Shown piece by piece: positions 39,816 through 49,349 of a DNA stretch of 64,000 bases; within the stretch, counting starts at the first letter, position 1; each line of letters starts with the position of its first letter. The stretch is from a virus: IMG/VR virus record IMGVR_UViG_3300023174_009221; one strand, given 5' to 3'. Position numbers and translations under genes: made by a program. The notes beneath the pieces are model-generated. The model worked only from the letters and a program-made list of their open reading frames with translations. It made no database searches and was not told the origin of the DNA.

Positions 39816-40175
39816 TTATGCCAAATAAGAAGTATCGTTTTTTAGCATTTTAGCAATTACGTGTTCCATTTCCCTGATAGATTCTTTAGATTCTATCTCT
39901 ACACCATCGATAGTGAAACTGGAAATAGAAACCGCTACAGAAGTGATATTGACTTCACCTTCAGATGGTTGCAGATAACTTTCTGGAATATACCAAAAGT
40001 CTCCAGAAATTCTAAGACTGAACTCTACAAAGACTTCCTGGTTTAGATAATCAAAACAAATATATTGGCCTTCTCTAAAATACTCGCCACTATTTTCACA
40101 GATAAGTGTTTCCCAGTCACCGAAAACATTTATATCAGTTATTGTCAAATTTTCTAATTCTGTTTGTTTTTCCAT
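39816..40175 (-). CDS. hypothetical protein
   Basis: 119-aa acidic ORF. Confidence 0.65.
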   Translation of the reverse strand: MEKQTELENLTITDINVFGDWETLICENSGEYFREGQYICFDYLNQEVFVEFSLRISGDFWYIPESYLQPSEGEVNITSVAVSISSFTIDGVEIESKESIREMEHVIAKMLKNDTSYLA

Positions 40176-40176
40176 A

Positions 40177-40662
40177 TTAATTTGATGTTATATTAATTAT
40201 TTGATTAAAACCCTCATCTAAAGTTGGAGTCTCAAAAGATTGTATCATATCTAAAATGACTCCAGTAGACACCCATTTATTTTCTTGTAAAGATCTTTGT
40301 TTATTTCTAATCTGATATTCTTCAGGTGTCAATATTGGAAAAACAACGGCTATTTTTTGAAAATCAGGACTAAAATAACTTAGTGTTTTCATTCTTCGTT
40401 TTTTTGTGATATTAGTCATATCAACAATAGTCGATGTTTTTGTCTGATTTGCTTCGATAAATTTTTTTAGTAATAATTTATCAACCTCTTTCCCATCAAC
40501 ACTTCGAAACGCCAAATTGTAGTCTTCTATCTTAGAAAGTTGTAAAATGATTTCATCACGAGAAATAACATTCACACCAGAATAATTGTTTTTTATCCAG
40601 GTTGATTTTCCAGATAGCACCGTTCCAACAAGAACTAAAATATATGGATTGTCCCACTTCAT
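40177..40662 (-). CDS. P-loop kinase (AAA_33 / polynucleotide-kinase-like)
   Basis: LVGTVLSGKSTW, ISRD, IVDMTN, FETPT..EGF; -7 TATATTTG at 40667-40674. Confidence 0.8.
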   Translation of the reverse strand: MKWDNPYILVLVGTVLSGKSTWIKNNYSGVNVISRDEIILQLSKIEDYNLAFRSVDGKEVDKLLLKKFIEANQTKTSTIVDMTNITKKRRMKTLSYFSPDFQKIAVVFPILTPEEYQIRNKQRSLQENKWVSTGVILDMIQSFETPTLDEGFNQIINITSN

Positions 40663-40698
40663 GTATCAAATATACAAAAAATTTTTAATATATACCAT

Positions 40699-42636
40699 AT
40701 GATTTTAGATTATAATCGGTTCAAAGATGATTTTCTTTTTGAAAATATGATAAATGAAACTTTTATTTACTTCATAAAAGATTTTAAAGACGTTCTCTAT
40801 AAGTTGTCAAAATCCGGAAATCAAATAGCAACAGATCTAATTGATATAGAGTATAAGGATAGTAAATCTGATAATACATTTATTTCATTAGGCCGAGAGG
40901 GTTATATAACTTATAACAGACTTAGAGATTTAAAAAGAAATATTGAAAAGTCTTTTACAGAATGGGCCAAATCACGAAGTTTATCAGATGAAGACGCTCA
41001 GTCAATATTAGATACTCTTCTTAAAAAAATCGAAAATGGTGAAACTTCGCAATCAGATGTAAATAATCTTTTCAAAGACTACGAATTAGATAAAAAGTCC
41101 AGAAACGAAGTCAAATTAGGGAGATTTGTAAATGCGGTTTTACCCGGTAAGTTCACACCAAAAGACATTGAAGAATTTACTAATCAATTCAAAGCAACTT
41201 TAGAAAAACAGGGCCAACATTTTATGGAAGTTTCTGGTGATGAAATAAATCACTGGTATAACTTTGAAAACTATCTTTCAATGGAAGGAACTCTTGGAAA
41301 CTCCTGCATGGCTCGAAAAAAAGGTATTTTCCAACTCTATGTAGAGAACCCAGATGTCTGTAAATTACTGGTCTTAGTAGAAGATGAAAAGTTAATAGGC
41401 CGAGCACTTGTTTGGAAACTAAACTCAATCAAGTCATATGGTCTTAAGTCAGAGGGCGTATGGTTTATGGATAGGCAATACACTATAAATGATTCGTATG
41501 TGGAAAAATTTAGAAACTACGCAAAAGAAAAAGGGTGGTATTACAAATCATATAACAACCATCATTCACTTACAACAGTGACAGTGGTAGGCGAAGAAAA
41601 GAATTGCGAGATGTCGGTTAAAATAAAATCGGGTAAATACAGTAAATATCCTTATATGGACACATTCAAAAGATATAATCCAGAAGACGGTATGCTATAC
41701 AATGACGAAGGTGATAGTTCTGATTATGAAGGTCAGTTTATCTTAAACGACACTGGTGGTGGATTTGAAGAAATTCGAGGTGGTGTTTGGTCAGAATGGC
41801 ACGATAGAATGATTCCAGAAGATGAAGCAGTGTGGTCTGATTGGGCTGATTCATATCTTCATAGAGACTCGGCTATTTATATTTCTGTAGGTTCTCGTAG
41901 ATACCGTAATAGTTATTATCCAGAGGACTGTGACGACATTGTTTATGATGAGTGGATTGATGAACCCCTCCATGTTGATGATGCGGTTTATTCAGAGCCT
42001 TATGGGTATTATCTTTATGTTGAAAACGCGGTAAGAACAATTGTTGAAATATACTCAGATGGAGATGTTAATCCAGAAGATAATTGGATGCATAAAAATG
42101 ATAGTGACATCATTAAAATTTCAGAATTTGATGATATGTTGTGGTATGAAAAATTATCAGATGAATTTGGAGAATGGACTTATAATGACCACACGCATAT
42201 TGTTAAGTCTAATTTAACCAAGAATTATAAAGAGGAGTGGATTCCAAAAATTTTGGAAACCGAGGTTTATAAAGTTTTAGAGGAGGATCCAAATGATGAA
42301 GTTCCAACTGATTTATTAAAAATTGGAGTTGAATGGCTAACAGAAACAGATGCTCTTATTTTAGGTTGGAAAGTTGATACATCAGAAGAAAGAGTAATTG
42401 ATAAAATTCAATATAATAAAGGTATTGAAAATTTACTTTCGTTACTACTTAGAAAATTAAAACCAAAATTAAGATTCTGGACTGATAAAGTTGAAGGAAA
42501 GGGACAACAAAGATTTCAATTTGAAGAGCCAGAAGGAATTAAAAAGGCTGAACAACTAATGAATGAGAAAATTTTAAAAGATTTAAGAATTAGACAAGAA
42601 GAATTAGATTCTAGAGAATGGATTTACGAAAATTAA
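40699..42636 (+). CDS. large late protein with conserved SCM/RALVW/PYMD phage domain and acidic aromatic repeats
   Basis: GTLGNSCM, IGRALVW, FMDRQY, YPYMDTF; TTAATATATA 4 nt upstream. Confidence 0.7.
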   Translation: MILDYNRFKDDFLFENMINETFIYFIKDFKDVLYKLSKSGNQIATDLIDIEYKDSKSDNTFISLGREGYITYNRLRDLKRNIEKSFTEWAKSRSLSDEDAQSILDTLLKKIENGETSQSDVNNLFKDYELDKKSRNEVKLGRFVNAVLPGKFTPKDIEEFTNQFKATLEKQGQHFMEVSGDEINHWYNFENYLSMEGTLGNSCMARKKGIFQLYVENPDVCKLLVLVEDEKLIGRALVWKLNSIKSYGLKSEGVWFMDRQYTINDSYVEKFRNYAKEKGWYYKSYNNHHSLTTVTVVGEEKNCEMSVKIKSGKYSKYPYMDTFKRYNPEDGMLYNDEGDSSDYEGQFILNDTGGGFEEIRGGVWSEWHDRMIPEDEAVWSDWADSYLHRDSAIYISVGSRRYRNSYYPEDCDDIVYDEWIDEPLHVDDAVYSEPYGYYLYVENAVRTIVEIYSDGDVNPEDNWMHKNDSDIIKISEFDDMLWYEKLSDEFGEWTYNDHTHIVKSNLTKNYKEEWIPKILETEVYKVLEEDPNDEVPTDLLKIGVEWLTETDALILGWKVDTSEERVIDKIQYNKGIENLLSLLLRKLKPKLRFWTDKVEGKGQQRFQFEEPEGIKKAEQLMNEKILKDLRIRQEELDSREWIYEN

Positions 42637-42683
42637 AAAAAATCAAAAAAAAATTAATATATAATAAAAATTAAAATAAAAAT

Positions 42684-43634
42684 ATGAAGTACGTTAAATC
42701 TTATAAATTATTTGAAAGCACTGAGTATAATAAGTCCCAGGAAGTAAATGAAGCCAATATTTTTGGAAATGTTTGGAACAAAATTAAAAATCTTTTCGCA
42801 AGAGGTGTAGATAGAACTACATTGGACTTATGGAAGAAAAATGGATTACCTACATATGGCGAGTTCTATGAAATTTCTTCTAACGAGTATTCTCTATATA
42901 ATCCAACTTTTGGTCAACAACCTTGGAGTAAAAAAATGACTTTATCAGATATACCTGCAGATAAGGTAAGAGAAGTAAGCTCACCGGTAGATTTTCTTCT
43001 TTTGACTGGAAGCTATTTTCAAGATGGAAACTTAGTATATAACTTAGATAGATTAGCAATAGCAAAAGTTTCAAAGAACTTTCCAAAAGCATTTGATTTG
43101 TCTAAACATCCATCTCAGATGTCATTACTTAATTTAAAAGTTCCTAACTTTTGGGGACATCCAGAAATGACAGATAGTGATAAACTTTTAAGTAGAGTCT
43201 TTCAACATGTTGATTTTGAATTTTCAGGAAGCACAATTACTACAGAAACTACACAATGGTCTATGTTAGAACAAGATTGGATAGCTTACAAAGAGCAATC
43301 GGATAGATATGTCCCTTTTAGCGATATTGAATCAGGTGAAATGAAAATGGGACAGCAATACGCCAGTGGTGGTATTGGTGATGTCATGCCAGTAGAATTT
43401 AAAAATGAAGAAGAAAAACAAAAAGAATTTAATAAGATGAAAGCTCATTTTTCATTTAGACCAAAAATGATTACACTTGGAGAATGGTTAAATATATATA
43501 ATTCAAGTCGTCAGAAAAATAATGACTTAATGAAATTAGGTGAAGTTTGGAAAAATGAGCCAAATAAAGATATGTCTTTAGCAAAAACTGAAGAACCAGC
43601 TATGATGGAAAGAAGAAGATATAAAAATAATTAA
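42684..43634 (+). CDS. hypothetical late protein with N-terminal tag (MKYVKSYKLFES)
   Basis: TTAATATATA at 42654-42663. Confidence 0.75.
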   Translation: MKYVKSYKLFESTEYNKSQEVNEANIFGNVWNKIKNLFARGVDRTTLDLWKKNGLPTYGEFYEISSNEYSLYNPTFGQQPWSKKMTLSDIPADKVREVSSPVDFLLLTGSYFQDGNLVYNLDRLAIAKVSKNFPKAFDLSKHPSQMSLLNLKVPNFWGHPEMTDSDKLLSRVFQHVDFEFSGSTITTETTQWSMLEQDWIAYKEQSDRYVPFSDIESGEMKMGQQYASGGIGDVMPVEFKNEEEKQKEFNKMKAHFSFRPKMITLGEWLNIYNSSRQKNNDLMKLGEVWKNEPNKDMSLAKTEEPAMMERRRYKNN

Positions 43635-43643
43635 AATAATAAC

Positions 43644-43676
43644 AAAAAAAAGAGAGTCAAATGACTCTCTTTTTTT
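43644..43676. terminator. bidirectional intrinsic terminator
   Basis: AAAAAAAAGAGAGTC-AAAT-GACTCTCTTTTTTT between convergent genes. Confidence 0.85.
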
Positions 43677-44394
43677 ATATCCTATCTTCTGCTAAACTGC
43701 AATACTCTTCAGTAATGTCATATCCAATCCACTTTCTTCCCAACTTATTAGCAACTGATGTTGTAGTTCCACTGCCATTAAATGGATCTAAAACAACTGC
43801 TCCGATATAAGAATGCATCTTAATACATCTTTTTGCTAACTCTTCTGGAAAAGGAGCTGGGTGATTTCTTCTTTTAGCACTCTCAGGACCAATTACCCAA
43901 AGGCCGTTTGTCCATTCAACAAATTCTTCTTTAGTTAAATCTGTTTCACCCCTTTCTAAAATCTTAGGACTTGCCTTATGAAAATTGATAATCATTTCAA
44001 AAGGCGGAGATATTCTTGGATTAGAAGGACTTTTCCAACTTCCCCAAGCTGTTCTTTTAGGAATTGTGTTTTTATTCCAAATAATGAATTCTCGAAAAAT
44101 AAAGCCTTCTTTTCTAAACAACTCGGTAAAAGTTGAATAAGTTGGTTCATTCTGTGATGATTGAAAACAACCAATTTGAAGACAAAATCTTCCACCCGGT
44201 TTTATGACTCTCCAACTTTCTTTAATCCACTCTTTACACCACCCATAATAACTTTCCAAAGTCATATCATCTCCATATTCAGCATATTGAATATTCAAAT
44301 TATAGGGAGGTGAAGTAACAATTAAATCAATTGAATCATCGGGTAATTTTTTCATACCTAATACACAATCTTCGTTATAGATTTTATTAAACAT
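43675..44394 (-). CDS. beta-class DNA methyltransferase (SPPY, probably N4-cytosine)
   Basis: TSPPY, HPAPFPEEL, LDPFNGSGTT. Confidence 0.92.
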   Translation of the reverse strand: MFNKIYNEDCVLGMKKLPDDSIDLIVTSPPYNLNIQYAEYGDDMTLESYYGWCKEWIKESWRVIKPGGRFCLQIGCFQSSQNEPTYSTFTELFRKEGFIFREFIIWNKNTIPKRTAWGSWKSPSNPRISPPFEMIINFHKASPKILERGETDLTKEEFVEWTNGLWVIGPESAKRRNHPAPFPEELAKRCIKMHSYIGAVVLDPFNGSGTTTSVANKLGRKWIGYDITEEYCSLAEDRI

Positions 44395-44418
44395 ATTTTA
44401 GGTTATATTCTGGTAATT

Positions 44419-45141
44419 CTATATGTTTTCAGCAACAATAACTTTTACAATTCTATTTTCAGATTTAGAAATTCGGTGATACCCATCAATGATTTTCCAA
44501 CCATCGCCTTTTTTTATAACAACTCCTCTTATGCCGTGGTAATTTTTATCTGAATAGAAATCTAAGTCTAATTTCTGAACTCGATTTTGATGTTGCTTGT
44601 TTCCAAAAACTAATTTGTCTCTTTCGATATCCTGAATTGAATAATTCATCGACTCCAATTCATCTAAGAGGTAACCATTCTCGATTGTTAACAGGTATTG
44701 AACTCTCTCAGATAAACTTGAAATCAAAAATGCCTGCTGCAAATCCAGATTTATTTTTGTCAAAACTTCTTCTAAAATAGTTACTGTTCCAATTTCTTGA
44801 CCATAATATCCTTCTGCGATTTCAATATTCCACAAATTACCGTCAAAAATCTTATTTGCTCTAAGTATTCTATCTATTGTGTATCTTTGCATATCTTCAG
44901 AAATACCCCAGATCAATAAATTTATTTTGTTATTTCTTGAATTAGTGATGTTATTTTCAAAAATCTTACAAAATATTTTATTTGTTATTTTTGATATATT
45001 GACTCCACTTACAGTAGCACGCTCAACTGTTCCACATCGGCATATTCCTTCTACAAAGCAACCAGAAAACTCACATGTGTATGTGATATCGTAGTCTAAG
45101 GTTACCTGTTCCTTAAAATCTTGCCTTAGAACTTCTATCAT
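44419..45141 (-). CDS. hypothetical protein with Cys cluster and C-terminal ParB/Srx-like motif
   Basis: CEFSGCFVEGICRC; IIDGYHRI. Confidence 0.55.
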   Translation of the reverse strand: MIEVLRQDFKEQVTLDYDITYTCEFSGCFVEGICRCGTVERATVSGVNISKITNKIFCKIFENNITNSRNNKINLLIWGISEDMQRYTIDRILRANKIFDGNLWNIEIAEGYYGQEIGTVTILEEVLTKINLDLQQAFLISSLSERVQYLLTIENGYLLDELESMNYSIQDIERDKLVFGNKQHQNRVQKLDLDFYSDKNYHGIRGVVIKKGDGWKIIDGYHRISKSENRIVKVIVAENI

Positions 45142-45478
45142 GTTTTTTTGGTCTTATTTTATGTGATTTTCCAGAAATAGAGTTGTAGGTAAAAAATTTA
45201 TTATCTTTTAAATCAGAGTATATCTGGAGTAGCGAAGTGGCGTCTATTAAATGCCACTTGGTTGGAACTACCTCTTCTTTTTCATAGATAAAAAAATCAT
45301 TAATTCGGTTAATAATTCGACCTTTGCAGTTTATAGGTCTATCAAAATAAAGGAATCCAATTGAACTTAGTAGCTTTTTTTTAGCACACGCCTCTTTTCT
45401 AATTTTTTCAATAATGTGACTTCTAATAAATGTGCTCATTAATTTTAGTCTAAATAAATTCCACAATAAACTTCGCAA
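45113..45478 (-). CDS. hypothetical protein (start uncertain, possibly MSTFIRS)
   Basis: ORF in a minus-strand run. Confidence 0.55.
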   Translation of the reverse strand: MRSLLWNLFRLKLMSTFIRSHIIEKIRKEACAKKKLLSSIGFLYFDRPINCKGRIINRINDFFIYEKEEVVPTKWHLIDATSLLQIYSDLKDNKFFTYNSISGKSHKIRPKKHDRSSKARF

Positions 45479-45624
45479 TAGGCGTTAAACTGCGCGGCCA
45501 GTTGGTAAAATTTATCAAATCTATCAAAGTCGCCTCGTTGGAGAGAATGTTGCAAAACGTTTTCTAAGATTTGGGAAATTTCATTGAAAACCCGTGTCAA
45601 AATTTTAGTTTTAATTTTTTGCAT
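45445..45624 (-). CDS. small hypothetical protein
   Basis: ATG 45624 lies downstream of a -7-like TAAATTTG at 45637-45644. Confidence 0.55.
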   Translation of the reverse strand: MQKIKTKILTRVFNEISQILENVLQHSLQRGDFDRFDKFYQLAAQFNAYCEVYCGIYLD

Positions 45625-45655
45625 GTTATTTTTTTTCAAATTTAAGTAATATATT

Positions 45656-46114
45656 TTAATTATGATAATTTTTTAAGAACTCTTTTTCAACATTTGACAA
45701 ATTACCAATTCCTATCAGCAAAATTCTGTCTAAAACAACATCTATTTCTAAATTTTGTAACAACCATTGATTTATATCATCAACAAAAAAACTGTATTTA
45801 ATAGAGTTTGTTGAACTTAGTAGTGGCTTTAATTCCGACTCTAAATCTATTTTAAAGTTCAAAATATCACTAGTCAGGTCCGATATAGTGTGTATTACTA
45901 AATTATTTAATAAAATTTCAGAATATTTTTTCATTTCGGTTGGTTGACAAATAATAAAACAGACATAATTATTGTCATGCTCGTGATAGTCAAAAAATGA
46001 TTCACAATCTAAATCGGCTATTTTTTGTTTTTCTTGCTCTGAAAATCGGTCATATTCGTCATTTAATTCCAGTGAGGAATTTGTAAATTTTATTTTATAT
46101 ACCGAATTTTTCAT
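45656..46114 (-). CDS. hypothetical protein with C-terminal DUF6576-like helix pair
   Basis: IDVVLDRILLIGIGNLSNVEKEFL. Confidence 0.55.
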   Translation of the reverse strand: MKNSVYKIKFTNSSLELNDEYDRFSEQEKQKIADLDCESFFDYHEHDNNYVCFIICQPTEMKKYSEILLNNLVIHTISDLTSDILNFKIDLESELKPLLSSTNSIKYSFFVDDINQWLLQNLEIDVVLDRILLIGIGNLSNVEKEFLKNYHN

Positions 46115-46179
46115 ATAATATATATTATTAATTTTTCAGTAGTTTAAATCTTTAACCACCGAGATACTATAAAATAAAT

Positions 46180-46566
46180 ATGGAAAATCAAAAATTACCT
46201 GATTCTTTTGTGACAGATAGAAGGCTGAGAAGTTATCCAACTGAAATAGGTTCCCAAAATTTTTCACCAGAAGATACTTCGCTATTTAGACTTGAAAAGG
46301 CTAAGGCACTTAAGTCTCACTTCACTCAAAAACTTACCGAGATACAAAAAGAATATCAAAATCTAATTTCGCAAATTTCCATAAATGAAAGGCTCTATTC
46401 AGCAAAAATAAACTTCCAACCGGTAGTAGGTCACATCTACTTTCTCTATTTGTCAAAAAATGGTGAGTTTATTTCGATAATATCTCCAGAAGAATGGAAT
46501 AATAAATTTGAATTAATTGGTAAATTTCAACTGCTATCAGATGGCAGATGGGAAGAAGTTATTTAA
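46180..46566 (+). CDS. DUF2452-like protein
   Basis: FQPVVGHIYFLY..FISIISPEEW..GKFQLLSDGRW. Confidence 0.75.
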   Translation: MENQKLPDSFVTDRRLRSYPTEIGSQNFSPEDTSLFRLEKAKALKSHFTQKLTEIQKEYQNLISQISINERLYSAKINFQPVVGHIYFLYLSKNGEFISIISPEEWNNKFELIGKFQLLSDGRWEEVI

Positions 46567-47971
46567 AACGTTTGCTAAAACTTTCAAAAGTCTCCAGTTG
46601 ATATGTTTTTTGAACTTCTCTATTGCTTTGTAGTTCTTTGCAATGTTCAATAAAATTATCAAATACAGGCCAAGTTTCTTCTAATTCTTCAGGATGAAAA
46701 AGAATACCATATCTTTCTAAATTTGTATTTGATATACCAGAAATTTTACCATCGATATAAGAAATCACCGAAAATCCATCAGGACAGCTGGTTGGAAAAT
46801 CATGAAAACAAAATCTAAATTCAAGCCCTCCAGTATCCACTCCACTAAAAAGAAAATGTGAAGTGTCTGGGTTTTCTAATTTGAAATTTCCACATTTTTC
46901 TGACTCACCTGATATCTCACTTCCGTAAAATTTGGCCATTGATTGAAAACCATAACAAAGTGCTAAAATTGGACAATCTAAATTTTCAAGCGCATACTCA
47001 GATGTCTGATATTCCCTTCTGTCCTCGGGTTTCAACATTCTGTAGTCAGAACCGGTAGAAATTGCTCCTATAATATTGAATTCACTACTGATTCTTTTAA
47101 CATCATCCGGTGTAACTGCTACTTGATAGGGTATATCATTTACTCTTAAGTATCTTGCAACTTTTGGGAAATACTTAAACTGCGGAGATTTTGCATTATT
47201 GATAACCAAAACTATATCATTTTGCTGATAGGATTCTTTATAAGCATTCCCAAACTGAATCAGATCAGATGTGTCATTGTATAAGTGGTCGGTATTATTA
47301 ATTACGTGGTGGTAACTGTCATATTTTTCATCTAAAAAACTAAGGTCACTTTCTGTGATATTTATACCATGTTCAAATGCGTTAAAAAACTTACACAACG
47401 CTGTTATTGATTCGTCAGCAAATCCCCAATGTGTTTCAGAATCATACTTAGCGCCTATACCTGTATAGTGGATAATATTTATTTTATTTGGGGTTTCAAT
47501 TGAAAACTCACACGCCATATGGTCACCGTAAGTAATATCGACAAGTAGTTTAATACCTCTTTCATTTTTTACAAAGTGTATGTCAAATTCCAACATCGAA
47601 GGTTCGCCGTTTTGAAGAGCATCATTTGGGTCTAATTCAGTGGGCTTTGGTCTTTCTAAATCAATATCATCTTGTCGAGCACTATTGTAGAAATAATTGA
47701 ACTGCACAATATCAGCCTCTATTGAACAATCATTTTTATCAAAAATATACTCGGTCGGGTGATCAGTGTCAGTAAGTGTTAAATCCGGATTTAAATTTTT
47801 AAGTTTAGGATTTGAATGTATTATAAAATAATCCGGCAGAAACTTCTCGAACCAATCCTGTTGAAATATTGAAATGGAACCGGGTTTTGAAATTACCCCA
47901 CCCATATGAGGCATAGATTTGTTTCTATAAGGTTTGTTTACACCTTCGTTGAATTTCTTAAGATATTTCAT
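46559..47971 (-). CDS. tagged late protein: unknown N-domain fused to a class I glutamine amidotransferase domain
   Basis: MKYLKKFNE start; PILALCYGFQ (Cys nucleophile) and GILFHPE (His-Glu). Confidence 0.8.
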   Translation of the reverse strand: MKYLKKFNEGVNKPYRNKSMPHMGGVISKPGSISIFQQDWFEKFLPDYFIIHSNPKLKNLNPDLTLTDTDHPTEYIFDKNDCSIEADIVQFNYFYNSARQDDIDLERPKPTELDPNDALQNGEPSMLEFDIHFVKNERGIKLLVDITYGDHMACEFSIETPNKINIIHYTGIGAKYDSETHWGFADESITALCKFFNAFEHGINITESDLSFLDEKYDSYHHVINNTDHLYNDTSDLIQFGNAYKESYQQNDIVLVINNAKSPQFKYFPKVARYLRVNDIPYQVAVTPDDVKRISSEFNIIGAISTGSDYRMLKPEDRREYQTSEYALENLDCPILALCYGFQSMAKFYGSEISGESEKCGNFKLENPDTSHFLFSGVDTGGLEFRFCFHDFPTSCPDGFSVISYIDGKISGISNTNLERYGILFHPEELEETWPVFDNFIEHCKELQSNREVQKTYQLETFESFSKRFK

Positions 47972-48012
47972 ACTAAACTATATATTTTTTTCTGAAGATG
48001 TAATTTTGAAAA

Positions 48013-49233
48013 TTAATCCCAGTAATCATCATAGTAATCATTAGAGTAATCGAAATCCAGTGGATTTCTACCAACGAATTTGTTTGGCGAGTTTTTAATA
48101 TAATCTAGCTCTGGTAAAAATTCTATAAGTTCATTTCTATCAGAAATCTTTTTCATTTTGGTAGCATCAGAATCACCTTCTCGAATAATTTTCAAATTCA
48201 CACCATCCCAGTCAATTTTATCAAATTCAATTTCTAAAGACTTTAAAAAATCGAATATAATTGATTCTTCTTCAAGAATTCTACCTTCGTGTAAATCTAC
48301 ATTGACGACCTTATTTGTCCACTTTTCATACTCAACCTTTGATACGTAGTTCCACTTTTTATCATGAAACCATTTATTTTCAGTAATCGGTTTGGTAATA
48401 GAGCCCCAATTTTTACCAGAATAATAACCAGAGCTTCTTGACGGATAATCGTATGAATCATAATCATAATATCCCCCATAACTCTTATATTCTACTTTAC
48501 TTGGGTCTCGTTCAACCGGTAGTGAATTCCAATCAACCAATAAGCAAGCTTTTGCTAGTTTTTCTAAGTGTTTAATATCTTGCGTTTCACCAAAGGTGTG
48601 CTCAGATTGGTAACCAACAGAAATGTTAGTACACTCTGGATAAATACTAACAAATTGGAAAGAGTCTGTTAATATACCGGTATCGTCAGTTTGATATTTG
48701 AAATCATCATCGGCGCTGTTTAATTGTTCGGCCAGTGAATTGGTAAAAGTATCAGAGGCGCATCTTTTAGATGACTGAAAACTAATCACAGAAGTAGTTC
48801 CTCTTCTATCAAATGAGATAACTTTGTTAATACCTTCGATTTTATCTTGCTTGTGTTTAGCTGATAATTTTTTAGAACCTACACACCCGACTTCTTCTCC
48901 TAAAAAGAAGTAATAAAGTCCTGGTATGTTATTTTGTATCATATAAAGCATGATAGTTACACCGGCTTTATCATCGGCTCCTAAAATAGACGTTCCGTCA
49001 GTTTTGATAATATCACCATCTATGACATGGTTTACTTGGACATTTTGAGGAGTTGCTGTATCTAAGTGTGATGTAAACATAACATCGCTTTTACCAATCA
49101 TTACAAATAGGTTTCCAAATTCATCCTGTTCGAGACCATCAACGGTAGAATGTAGTATTGGAAATAATAAGCTTTCGGTGCCATGTGGATAAGTTCTACT
49201 TGTTAACTCCAAGAACTTTTGTTTAATATTCAT
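48013..49233 (-). CDS. M28/M20-family zinc peptidase-like protein
   Basis: SHLDT, LGADDKAG, GEEVG, FDRRG, NISVGY..EH. Confidence 0.85.
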   Translation of the reverse strand: MNIKQKFLELTSRTYPHGTESLLFPILHSTVDGLEQDEFGNLFVMIGKSDVMFTSHLDTATPQNVQVNHVIDGDIIKTDGTSILGADDKAGVTIMLYMIQNNIPGLYYFFLGEEVGCVGSKKLSAKHKQDKIEGINKVISFDRRGTTSVISFQSSKRCASDTFTNSLAEQLNSADDDFKYQTDDTGILTDSFQFVSIYPECTNISVGYQSEHTFGETQDIKHLEKLAKACLLVDWNSLPVERDPSKVEYKSYGGYYDYDSYDYPSRSSGYYSGKNWGSITKPITENKWFHDKKWNYVSKVEYEKWTNKVVNVDLHEGRILEEESIIFDFLKSLEIEFDKIDWDGVNLKIIREGDSDATKMKKISDRNELIEFLPELDYIKNSPNKFVGRNPLDFDYSNDYYDDYWD

Positions 49234-49271
49234 ATTTCAATTTTTTTAGATATACTTTAATATCATTTTTA

Positions 49272-49303
49272 CAAAGATACAAACTTATTAACAATATAAC
49301 AAA
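49272..49303 (-). promoter_or_regulatory. Bacteroidota-type promoter (TTTG-N20-TATCTTTG)
   Basis: Exact consensus and spacing upstream of the peptidase. Confidence 0.75.
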
Positions 49304-49349
49304 TTTTGATTGAAATTATTGTAAATAAATATTTTTAATATATAAACGT

